Shown here piece by piece: positions 1 to 8,046 of a stretch of 24,749 bases of DNA (the stretch's first letter is position 1; every line of letters begins with the position of its first letter). The notes beneath the pieces are model-generated. The model did no database searches and was not told the origin of the DNA. It saw nothing but the letters and a program-made list of their open reading frames with translations. The stretch is taken from assembly GCA_041562555.1 (NCBI GenBank), contig JBFEXS010000022.1, positions 1 to 24,749 of the forward strand, read 5' to 3'. The translations under genes were made by a program, and so were the position numbers. Source of the DNA: Sulfurimonadaceae bacterium. Lineage in GTDB: Bacteria; Campylobacterota; Campylobacteria; Campylobacterales; Sulfurimonadaceae.

Positions 1-1
1 A

Positions 2-79
2 ATTAAGGTAACTGGTATGGATACGGAAGACGCAAAAAAGCTAAATCATGATAAACTTATGGAACACACTATTATCTAG
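2..79 (+). CDS. 3' end of an unidentified upstream gene (partial)
   Basis: Frame is open from the window edge (IKVTGMDTEDAKKLNHDKLMEHTII) to TAG at 77-79, and the RBS of the next gene follows closely. Too short to identify. Confidence 0.45.
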   Translation: MKVTGMDTEDAKKLNHDKLMEHTII

Positions 80-95
80 ACAGCAAGGAGTATAG

Positions 96-569
96 ATGGC
101 AAAATCGATTAAACGCTATAAGATATGGTCGCTTGTCACTTTGAGTCTACTCCTTGTGATGGGTGCTTATTTCGCTTTTAATCCCTCCTATCAACTCTCT
201 TTGGAAGCCAAGTTCTATTACTCCGTGGGAGACTATGAAAAAGCACATGTACTCTCCAGCGAGGCTTATGAGATGGAACCTTATAATCGTATGGCCCGTT
301 CAGTCATGGTGCAGAGCAAGTATGCCTTGCGTTATGTACATTATAACGCAGAAGCAAAGGAGTATTTAGAACAGATCCGTTCCTACTCCAAGCAAGAGAA
401 AATCTCACTCTCCGAGCAGATGCGCATCAAAATGATGTGTGATATCATGATAGACAAGCATGAGAAGATGCAACCTACGATCCTGATTGACAAAGCCTTG
501 GTTGATGAGGCACAAAAACATTATGAACAGTTTGTGAAGCTCCATGAAGACCTTGTTAGCGTCTTATAG
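96..569 (+). CDS. Hypothetical membrane-anchored helical (TPR-like) protein, 157 aa
   Basis: Strong RBS AAGGAG upstream of the ATG. N-terminal hydrophobic segment (IWSLVTLSLLLVMGAYFAF). TPR-like segment AKFYYSVGDYEKAHVLSSEAYEMEPYN. Confidence 0.8.
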   Translation: MAKSIKRYKIWSLVTLSLLLVMGAYFAFNPSYQLSLEAKFYYSVGDYEKAHVLSSEAYEMEPYNRMARSVMVQSKYALRYVHYNAEAKEYLEQIRSYSKQEKISLSEQMRIKMMCDIMIDKHEKMQPTILIDKALVDEAQKHYEQFVKLHEDLVSVL

Positions 570-1368
570 ACTCCCTTTTTTAGATTATCTGAGTGAGATA
601 CGGGGATATTCCGATCTTACGGTCAAAACCTATGCTACGACCTTGGATGAAGCGATGCAGCACGTTCGTCTGGAAGAGGGTGTTCTACAGCTCAATCCGT
701 ATCGATTACATATCGCTTCTCTCAATGCCAAGACGATCTCTAAAAAGCTCTCTGCCATACGGACATTTGTCACGTTTGTCCAAGACAGAGGTGAGAAGGT
801 GGCTCTAAAGGGCGATACGCCTATCAAGGTGGCGAAGACCCTTCCTAAACCGATTTCTAATGAGCATATCAAAGAAGCACTGCAGATAGCGGATGCACAG
901 GAAGAACTCATTATCGTGACATTATATACCCTTGGTCTTCGTATCAGTGAATTGGCGTCTTTAAAGCTTGAGCACATTGAGAAAGAATGGATAACGGTTT
1001 GGGGAAAGGGAAACAAACAAAGACAGGTGCCTTTATTGGAAATGACCCATGCATTAATTGATAAATATATAACAGAAAATAGACCCGGCACCTTTCTTTT
1101 TGAGAAAAATGGAGCTAAATTAAGCGAAAATAGTTTAAGATATAAATTAACATCACTGTTTAAGAAAATCGGCTTGCATGTTACACCGCATATGTTACGA
1201 CACTCCTATGCGACGCATCTATTAAACAATAATGCAAGAATTGCCGATGTTAGTGAATTATTGGGGCACTCTTCCATGGCGACGACTCAGATCTATACAA
1301 AGTTGAGTTCACAGCTTAAGATGAAGAACTATCAATCTGCCCACCCTTTAGCCCAAGGAGCCAAATGA
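544..1368 (+). CDS. xerC: Tyrosine recombinase, XerC/XerD family (XerC-like)
   Basis: N-terminal SAM-like part (FLDYL..IRGYSDLTVKTY). Full catalytic set R-K-H-R-H-Y: GLRISEL, GKGNKQRQVP, TPHMLRHSYATHLL, LLGHSSMATTQIYT. C-terminal HP motif (YQSAHP) typical of XerC/D. XerC versus XerD cannot be fully resolved by eye. Confidence 0.85.
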   Translation: MKTLLASYRLPFLDYLSEIRGYSDLTVKTYATTLDEAMQHVRLEEGVLQLNPYRLHIASLNAKTISKKLSAIRTFVTFVQDRGEKVALKGDTPIKVAKTLPKPISNEHIKEALQIADAQEELIIVTLYTLGLRISELASLKLEHIEKEWITVWGKGNKQRQVPLLEMTHALIDKYITENRPGTFLFEKNGAKLSENSLRYKLTSLFKKIGLHVTPHMLRHSYATHLLNNNARIADVSELLGHSSMATTQIYTKLSSQLKMKNYQSAHPLAQGAK

Positions 1369-2438
1369 AACTTTCTCGTCTGATTAAAAATCTTTATCAG
1401 CAGATTTTTATCGGGATCGTTGTCCAACAAAAAAGTGCGAAGGTCCGTGTTCAATTGCGCAAGGGTGACAGGATAGAAAAAGAGGTCTCCAGGGTATTTG
1501 AGATCTCGCGTTCAAAGCCAAGTGCCGAGATGCATGATTACATCAAGGGGTATACGGACGAATCTCCTTTTAGTTATGTCGCAATCTTGAATGATACGGT
1601 GAATCAAGGCGCGATTCCTACCTGTTCTATGCACGCGGCAGAAGAGTTTGGTGACCTTGGCTCATGTGTCACATTGTGCAATGAAAACAAATGGATGGTA
1701 TATGCCGAGAAAAGTGATCTGAACGGGCTTCAAAACAGATTTAAAGAGAATGGACTTGATTTTATTTTTTCTCCGTTTTTTGTCCTGTCTAACTTTTTTG
1801 CAGATAAGATTGAGGGCAAGACATCCTTGATGGTTCTGATACAAGAGGATTCTCTGAGTCTATGTATTTTTAATGCAGGCGAACTTCTTTTTGCAAATCA
1901 TTATAGAACCCATGATGCGATCGAAGATGAGACGATGAGCGCCGAGCTGGAAGAGAGTGCGGAAGAGAGTCTTGGTTTCAGTCTTGAAGATGATGACGAT
2001 ATAACCATCAATCTGGACGATATCGATGCTTTGGATGAATTGGATGCCCTGGATGATCTTGATAATCTCCAGGACCTGGACGATTTAGACGACCTGGATG
2101 AGATCGAGGATTTCGAAGAGTCGTTGAACGAAGCGGTTGAAGAGTCTGAAATGGCGCTTGAGGAAGCCAAGACAAAGTACGATTCCAAGATCGATAATTT
2201 TTCAGACGATTATAAACGGTTTCAGTTTATTCAAGCGGCTTTGCAGCAGTTTTATAATGATGCTAAATACAATAATCAGTTTGTTGAAGAGGTCTACCTT
2301 GCAGATGCCTGTGAATCGGGTCAGGACTTGACGCGATTTATCGAAGAAGAGCTTTTTGTATCGGTATATAAGCGCAGTATAGACCTGGATAAGGAAATTG
2401 TGAGTATGGCAATAAAGGAGGCGAAATATGAGATATAG
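1365..2438 (+). CDS. PilM-like cytoplasmic protein with an acidic low-complexity insert (probable flagellar cage component)
   Basis: 357 aa with no TM segment. ATGA overlap with the recombinase stop. First of a triplet whose other two members are single-TM coiled-coil proteins. The GLDFIFSPF..L and SLMVLI..SLSLCIF..GELLFA segments fit the PilM/GspL actin-like scaffold. The coding call is firm; the function is inferred. Confidence 0.6.
   Translation: MKLSRLIKNLYQQIFIGIVVQQKSAKVRVQLRKGDRIEKEVSRVFEISRSKPSAEMHDYIKGYTDESPFSYVAILNDTVNQGAIPTCSMHAAEEFGDLGSCVTLCNENKWMVYAEKSDLNGLQNRFKENGLDFIFSPFFVLSNFFADKIEGKTSLMVLIQEDSLSLCIFNAGELLFANHYRTHDAIEDETMSAELEESAEESLGFSLEDDDDITINLDDIDALDELDALDDLDNLQDLDDLDDLDEIEDFEESLNEAVEESEMALEEAKTKYDSKIDNFSDDYKRFQFIQAALQQFYNDAKYNNQFVEEVYLADACESGQDLTRFIEEELFVSVYKRSIDLDKEIVSMAIKEAKYEI
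2013..2120 (+). repeat. Degenerate 9-bp coding tandem repeat, 12 x [L/I/F]-[D/E/Q]-x
   Basis: Encodes LDD IDA LDE LDA LDD LDN LQD LDD LDD LDE IED FEE. DNA units include ctggacgat, ttggatgaa, ctggatgat and ctggatgag. Confidence 0.75.
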
Positions 2439-2943
2439 TTTTATCAAGCCTCGTCCCAAGAGTATTGTCAGTCCGGAGTTTAAGCTGCTCTTTTTCTTCT
2501 TCTCCATCACGATCGGGATGCTGCTTCTGTCATACTCCTTTTTAACGATCAAGACCTTGATGTACGAGAACAGTATTCAGGAGATGATTGCTAAAGGAGA
2601 AAGGCTCAAAGGGAACATTGTGTCGATGCATGAGGAGATCGCCTTTGTAAAGATAGAGAAACGTCATGCAGAAGGGGTGTACACAGAAAATACGGTGCTC
2701 AAAGAGAGTATTCATAACCTCTTTGACCTTGTTCCTGAGAAGATCACACTTTCACAGGCTTTGCTCAAAGAAGATGAATTGGTACTGTATGGCGTGACAC
2801 CAAGTAAAGAGGTCTATGAGTTCTTGCTGCAAGCTCCTTTGCGTTCTATCTTTCACCGTTCCTATACGAGTTATTATGCGATGCCAAACGGTTGGTACTC
2901 CTTTGTATCCAAAAATTATCTGGATAGGGAGATCAATCAGTAG
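2428..2943 (+). CDS. PilN-like single-pass membrane protein
   Basis: RBS AAGGAGG. Short basic N-tail (RYSFIKPRPK), one TM helix, a coiled coil, then a PilN-like alpha/beta segment (LFDLVPEKITLSQA..LVLYGVT). Confidence 0.65.
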   Translation: MRYSFIKPRPKSIVSPEFKLLFFFFSITIGMLLLSYSFLTIKTLMYENSIQEMIAKGERLKGNIVSMHEEIAFVKIEKRHAEGVYTENTVLKESIHNLFDLVPEKITLSQALLKEDELVLYGVTPSKEVYEFLLQAPLRSIFHRSYTSYYAMPNGWYSFVSKNYLDREINQ

Positions 2944-3500
2944 TGAAATTTCATATCAGTCGTCAAATGATCTATATCCTCTCCTTAGCGGTGATCTTTT
3001 TGATCATCGTGTTTATCTTCGCCTTCGCTTTTTTGATCCCAAGCGGAAAGAGTTATCGTATGGCCAGGATGGAGGCGAAAAAAGTCTCTTACCAGGTGGA
3101 CCTGATACAGGCTGAATATGATAAGGTACACGAACAGTTGAAGACTTTACAGGCGGATAACCGTCATGTGATAGGAGCCTATAAGACGATCTTCAACCCG
3201 ATCCGTTTTAAACAGATGTATGCCTCGCATTTTGAGAGTTTTACCCTGTCTGAACTGAGTTCTCACTCTCAAGACGGAGAGTTCGCAGTCTATGAGGTAA
3301 ATACCTCTTCTTTGATTCAGTCGCCGCAGGGGTTTTATGACTTTTTAGACGGTGTGAATAAGAGCGACAATATTATCGGTGTGAATTTTCCTATCGCTTT
3401 TAAACGGGATGGAAACCTTATTAAGTCTTCTTTCACAATGCATGTCTATGTCGCAGGTCAACATGAAAAGGCGCCTGAGACAGTGAAGACAGAGGAATAG
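2943..3500 (+). CDS. PilO-like single-pass membrane protein
   Basis: GTG start overlaps the upstream TAG (TAGTG). N-terminal TM ending in LIP, a coiled coil, then a C-terminal F..FLD.VNK..NII.V pattern resembling PilO/GspM. Confidence 0.65.
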   Translation: MKFHISRQMIYILSLAVIFLIIVFIFAFAFLIPSGKSYRMARMEAKKVSYQVDLIQAEYDKVHEQLKTLQADNRHVIGAYKTIFNPIRFKQMYASHFESFTLSELSSHSQDGEFAVYEVNTSSLIQSPQGFYDFLDGVNKSDNIIGVNFPIAFKRDGNLIKSSFTMHVYVAGQHEKAPETVKTEE

Positions 3501-3527
3501 GTTTATAAAAAAGCGCTTTGGTACTTC

Positions 3528-4532
3528 CTATATTTCACAGGGTAAAAAGCGTACATACAGAATAAAAGCAAGTGGATATTTGAAAAGATAGGGGCGTAGT
3601 TTTATAGGGATTCCCAGGAGACGGCACTCTTCTTTGAAGGATTTATCCATGTTCTCATTAAGGTATGTACAGACCGTATAGATCCCCTGGTTCAGGGTGA
3701 TGAGAAATTTCCGTCCTACGACAAGTTCATGCTCATGCTTTAGGGCTTCACGCTGTGAAGCAGTCAAAAGATATCCCCTGGTCTTCAGGATCTTGTCGAT
3801 ATGATAGATGTCACTGCGCCGATGACCACTGGAGATAAACAGGCTCAGCTTGTCGGCTGTATGGACATCTACCTCTTTGATAAAATCTGAGATATCCTCT
3901 TGTAGATACCGGAAACTCTGTTTGATCCCTTCGCTATTGTCCTTGATCAGCTCATTGACGATTTTATGTCGGAAATAGTTGCGTTTATAGCTAAGGTCAT
4001 CATTGCTGGCATCATGGTACCAATGCAGCTTTTCTTTTCTGAGATAAGAGAGGATCTCTTCCTTACTGGTATTGATCAGCGGACGAAAGAGGGTATATGA
4101 GGGACGCTTTTCTATTTCTGACATACCCAGAAGTTCCGGCATTCCTGCGCCCTTGCTCAACTGCATCAACATCCATTCAAGACGATCTTGAAGATGGTGT
4201 GCCGTCAATAGGTAGGTGTATGCATGTTCTTTTATAAGGCTTTCAAAAAAGTTATAACGTATACTCCGTGCTTCACTCTCAAAGTTTTTGTCAACCTGGT
4301 GTGATTTTAAGCAGTGACATTGCAGCTTGTGATCGCTAGCGAGCCTATGGGCATAGGCAAGCTCTTCATCAGCCTGGGTGCGTAAGCCGTAATGGACAAT
4401 GGCAATATCAAAGGAGATCTTGTGATGAAGCAGAGTGAAGAAAAGTGCCGTGGAATCTGCTCCCGCCGAGAAGGCAAGAAGTACTTTTTGTTCATGCAGT
4501 ACAGAAAGCGCTTCTTGGGTTAAAAGTGACAT
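3528..4532 (-). CDS. tilS: tRNA(Ile)-lysidine synthase
   Basis: PP-loop LLAFSAGADS, plus FESEARSIRY, LLTAHHLQDRLE, RPL, D.SN....Y.RNYFR. Short epsilonproteobacterial form, adjacent to rimO. Confidence 0.93.
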   Translation of the reverse strand: MSLLTQEALSVLHEQKVLLAFSAGADSTALFFTLLHHKISFDIAIVHYGLRTQADEELAYAHRLASDHKLQCHCLKSHQVDKNFESEARSIRYNFFESLIKEHAYTYLLTAHHLQDRLEWMLMQLSKGAGMPELLGMSEIEKRPSYTLFRPLINTSKEEILSYLRKEKLHWYHDASNDDLSYKRNYFRHKIVNELIKDNSEGIKQSFRYLQEDISDFIKEVDVHTADKLSLFISSGHRRSDIYHIDKILKTRGYLLTASQREALKHEHELVVGRKFLITLNQGIYTVCTYLNENMDKSFKEECRLLGIPIKLRPYLFKYPLAFILYVRFLPCEI

Positions 4533-4538
4533 GTCTGC

Positions 4539-5888
4539 CTAGGCGATGACGGTTGCCAAGAGCTTGTCACCTACAACCTCAGTGATTCGGGCCTTGTAAA
4601 CTTTGGCAAATTCCAAGGAGATGTCATCACCGAGTTCATTGTCATTGACATAGATCTCACCGTCAATTTCCGGCGTCCAGCCTAGTTCTCTGGCAGAGAG
4701 CAGATACTCATGCTCGTCACTTTCACCGTCGATGACGATCTCCACCTCTTTGCCTATTTGTTTTTCCAAACTTTTTTGCATCACTTCGGCTGCGATCTCA
4801 CCCATGATTTCTGCACGCTCGTCGATAATCTCTTGAGATAGTTTACCTTCCATGTCGAAAGCAGCTGTACCTTCCTCATCGGAGTAGGCGAAGGTCGAGA
4901 TGCGATCAAAGCCGAAGTTGCGGGCAAAATCACACATCTCTTCAAACTCTTCCTGTGTCTCACCCGGATGACCAACTATAAAAGAAGTACGTAAAAAAGC
5001 ATTGGGAAGATTCTTCATGTATTCAAGCTGTTCGATCGTCTTATCCTTACCAAAACCTCGTTTCATAAGTTTTAGCATTCTATCCGAGATGTGTTGAATA
5101 GGCATGTCAAAATAGTTGTGAAATATCGGTGACTTGGCAATCTCACCCAGCAGCTTCATACTTGCTGTTGTCGGATAGAGATAGAGTAGTCTGGCAGATC
5201 GTACCCCTTCGATGAGTTCAATGCGCTTGATCAGGTGAATAAGCCCATCTTTGACATTCTTATCACGAAGATAGGAACTCGAGTCCTGAGAGATGAAAGA
5301 GAAGTCATAATAGCCTTGACGTACCAGAGATTCCACTTCTGCTGCAATGACATCGAGATCGCGTGAATTAAGTTTTCCTTTGAACGAGGGAATAGCACAG
5401 AAGGAGCAGGTCTGATTACACCCTTCAGAAAACTTGATATACGCATGGTAACGTGAACCGGTGATCACGCGCTCTTCATTTCCTATAAGGTAGGTTGATT
5501 CGGAAAACCGGCTCTGTTTTGCGGCAAGAAGGGCATCGATCTGATCATAATCACCAACACCGGTAAAGATATCGACCTCTTTCATCTCTTCTTGCAGTTC
5601 TTCTTTGTAACGTTCACTCAGACAGCCTGCCATGACAAGTAAAGAGTCTTCACGGCGCTGCTCATGAAGATCAAGGACAGTATTGATACTCTCTTCTTTG
5701 GCTGCATCGATAAAGCCGCAGGTATTGACAATAATCACATCGGCTTCATCACTTGCATCGGTCATTTCAAAATCACGAAGTTTTCCAAGCATAACCTCTG
5801 TATCTACCAGGTTCTTAGTACAACCAAGAGAGACAATATGAAGTTTTTTAACCGGTTTTTCCTCGGTAAATGTCATATTTTTGTGCAA
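4539..5888 (-). CDS. rimO: Ribosomal protein S12 methylthiotransferase
   Basis: UPF0004 cysteines (SLGCTKNLVDTE, VNTCGFI, AGCLSERY), radical-SAM CxxxCxxC (EGCNQTCSFC) and TRAM-region PEIDG. The TTG start at 5888 has RBS AAGGA; an alternative ATG lies at 5876. Confidence 0.96.
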   Translation of the reverse strand: MHKNMTFTEEKPVKKLHIVSLGCTKNLVDTEVMLGKLRDFEMTDASDEADVIIVNTCGFIDAAKEESINTVLDLHEQRREDSLLVMAGCLSERYKEELQEEMKEVDIFTGVGDYDQIDALLAAKQSRFSESTYLIGNEERVITGSRYHAYIKFSEGCNQTCSFCAIPSFKGKLNSRDLDVIAAEVESLVRQGYYDFSFISQDSSSYLRDKNVKDGLIHLIKRIELIEGVRSARLLYLYPTTASMKLLGEIAKSPIFHNYFDMPIQHISDRMLKLMKRGFGKDKTIEQLEYMKNLPNAFLRTSFIVGHPGETQEEFEEMCDFARNFGFDRISTFAYSDEEGTAAFDMEGKLSQEIIDERAEIMGEIAAEVMQKSLEKQIGKEVEIVIDGESDEHEYLLSARELGWTPEIDGEIYVNDNELGDDISLEFAKVYKARITEVVGDKLLATVIA

Positions 5889-5913
5889 ACTGAATCCTTA
5901 TATTAATCGTGCG

Positions 5914-5922
5914 ATTATAGCA
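5914..5922 (-). promoter_or_regulatory. Extended -10 housekeeping-sigma promoter for rimO-tilS
   Basis: Minus strand reads TGCTATAAT (TGnTATAAT), 25 nt upstream of the rimO start. Confidence 0.65.
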
Positions 5923-5965
5923 AAATGAAGTTAAAGATTTGCAGGTGAGAAGAATATGAAACCAT

Positions 5966-7918
5966 CTAAAGGTATTTTTTTAAGATTTCTCTTAAGAGGG
6001 TGTGATCGATCGGTTTGGACAGATAATCATCCATTCCTGCATCCAGGAATTTTTGTCTATCCTCTTTTAAGGCATTCGCCGTGACAGCTATGATCGGGGT
6101 GGATCGTTCAATATGGGAATGTTTTTCAAGTGCTCGTATTTTCTGTGTAGCCTCAATACCATTAAGGTTTGGCATGTTCTCATCCATGAGGATAAGATCA
6201 TATTTTCCCATCTGAAATGCTTCGACTGCTTCGATACCATTATTGGCAATGTCAAAACTGAGTCCAAACTCCTCGAGCAAAAGGGTCATAAGGAGTTGGT
6301 TGGAGACATTGTCTTCAACGAGGAGGACATGGCCGTATAATTGCGCTTCATCATCATCTGTCACCGTATCCGTATCATCTATATCGATTGCGGGTTTATT
6401 ATCATCAAAAAGTTTTAATGTCAGTGTAAAACTGCTGCCTTCACCGAGCTTGCTTTCAAGAGATATCTCTGCGTCCATCATCTTGGCCAGAGAGTTGGAG
6501 ATGGACAAGCCTAGACCGCTCCCTCCAAACTTTCTTGTGGTGGAGGTATCTTCTTGTTCAAAGGCATTGAATATGCGTTCGTGGTTCTGTTTTGAAATAC
6601 CGCATCCGTAATCTTTGACACAGCAATGCAATGCCTTGGCATCAGGATGAAAGCGGAGTGAAATGTCAATATGAGAGTCTTTGTAGGAGAACTTGATGGC
6701 ATTACTCAAGAGATTGGAAAAGATCTGTTTGATCCGTGTAATATCTCCATAGGCCGTCTGTGGGATTTGATCGTCGATCTCCAGGTTAAGCTCGATATTC
6801 TTGAGTTTGGCCTTTTGCCTGAATAGTGTTACGGTATTTTCAAAAGGTTCACGTGTATCAAAATGAATGTTTTCAATTTTGATCTTTCCGCTTTCAATCT
6901 TAGAAAAATCGAGTATATCATCAATGATTTCCATCAGTGAATTACCAGAGTCTTTGATAATATCGAGTTGCTGCCGCTTCTCTTCGGATTGTTCCTTTTT
7001 GTGCAAGATGTTGACAAAGCCTATAATGGCGTTCATGGGTGTACGTATCTCATGACTCATATTGGCAAGAAAATTTGATTTGGCGCGATTGGCATTCAGG
7101 GCATCATACCGGGAAGCCATGAGGGCTTTTTCTGCATTTTGTCTGTTCTTGATCTCTGCTTGCAGTGTCTGGTTTTGGTCGATAAGATCAATGTTCACGG
7201 CAATACGTGCGAGTACTTCCTCTTTGATATAGGGCTTGGTGATAAAGTCATTGGCTCCGGCTTTGAGGAATTCGATGGTGATGATAGGGTTGGAATGCAC
7301 GGATATTGCCAGGATCGAAAGATCAGTTCGTGAGAAACTTTTACGGATTATCCGGGTAAGTTCGGCTCCGCTCATGGAAGGCATTTCATAATCGATGAGT
7401 GCGATGGATATATCGGGGTGGTCTTTTAATATTTTAAGAGCACTCATCCCGTCCGATGCCTCGAATATCGTAAAGTTTTGCAGTGCCAACAGGCTATGAA
7501 GGGCATGACGGCTTGATTTGGAATCATCTACTATCAGGACCTTTTTGTTTTCATTGTGGATGATCCTGTTGATAGTCGCTTGTAAAAGTTCAAGTTGTTG
7601 ATCATCTTCAAGTACGATATAGTCAACGATATTTTTATCAACGATCTTTTCGCGAAGCTTTGGATGAAAACTTCCCGTCATAGCGATAGAAGGTATATTG
7701 TGTTTAAGAAGATAATCAAGGGCTTTCGCTTCGTCTTCAGGAAGATTTATATCGACAATTGAAAGAACGATCTGTTTGAAATGCTCTTTGACCAATACCT
7801 TGGCTTCCTCAAGATTATACGCTACGATAACATCATATCCTGCACCAAGCAGCGTCTCTTTTTCGTACATGGCAATGGTTTTATTATCTTCTATTACAAG
7901 TATCAGTTGTTTCATCAT
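5966..7918 (-). CDS. Cytoplasmic hybrid histidine kinase, REC-REC-HisKA-HATPase-REC
   Basis: Three receiver domains (VIEDN..VDINLP; IVDDS..IDYEMP..FITKP; LVEDN..MDENMP..YLSKP). H-box FLANMSHEIRTPMNAI, N-box NLLSNAIKF, G1 DYGCGI, G2 GGSGLGLSI. No TM helix. The start may be 7930, 7918 or 7915. Confidence 0.93.
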   Translation of the reverse strand: MMKQLILVIEDNKTIAMYEKETLLGAGYDVIVAYNLEEAKVLVKEHFKQIVLSIVDINLPEDEAKALDYLLKHNIPSIAMTGSFHPKLREKIVDKNIVDYIVLEDDQQLELLQATINRIIHNENKKVLIVDDSKSSRHALHSLLALQNFTIFEASDGMSALKILKDHPDISIALIDYEMPSMSGAELTRIIRKSFSRTDLSILAISVHSNPIITIEFLKAGANDFITKPYIKEEVLARIAVNIDLIDQNQTLQAEIKNRQNAEKALMASRYDALNANRAKSNFLANMSHEIRTPMNAIIGFVNILHKKEQSEEKRQQLDIIKDSGNSLMEIIDDILDFSKIESGKIKIENIHFDTREPFENTVTLFRQKAKLKNIELNLEIDDQIPQTAYGDITRIKQIFSNLLSNAIKFSYKDSHIDISLRFHPDAKALHCCVKDYGCGISKQNHERIFNAFEQEDTSTTRKFGGSGLGLSISNSLAKMMDAEISLESKLGEGSSFTLTLKLFDDNKPAIDIDDTDTVTDDDEAQLYGHVLLVEDNVSNQLLMTLLLEEFGLSFDIANNGIEAVEAFQMGKYDLILMDENMPNLNGIEATQKIRALEKHSHIERSTPIIAVTANALKEDRQKFLDAGMDDYLSKPIDHTLLREILKKYL

Positions 7919-7988
7919 CGACCTACACATAAACGTTAACTAACTATAATAATAAAAGGATTAAAAATAGATTTGTTTTTATAAGTAG

Positions 7989-8021
7989 ATACACAAACTA
8001 TACACATATAAATATTATCAT
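7989..8021 (+). promoter_or_regulatory. Putative msrPQ promoter: ATACACA direct repeat (11-bp period) plus -10 TATCAT
   Basis: ATACACA at 7989-7995 and 8000-8006. TATCAT at 8016-8021. RBS AAAGGA just before the msrP ATG. Confidence 0.45.
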
Positions 8022-8046
8022 TACAGATAAGAATAAAGGATATGTT

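Noticed and set aside
630..1091. 153-aa antisense ORF within the recombinase, and similar shadows over msrP, the kinases and pflB
   Set aside because: Fully contained in well-supported genes on the other strand or frame, with no recognisable protein features.
544..1368. Recombinase as the integrase of a prophage or genomic island
   Set aside because: No adjacent tRNA, att-like direct repeats, or phage or conjugation genes. The sequence has XerC/D signatures and overlaps chromosomal-type genes.
3510..3519. Palindrome AAAGCGCTTT between the convergent pilO-like and tilS genes
   Set aside because: Too short to form a stable terminator stem with a loop; likely chance.
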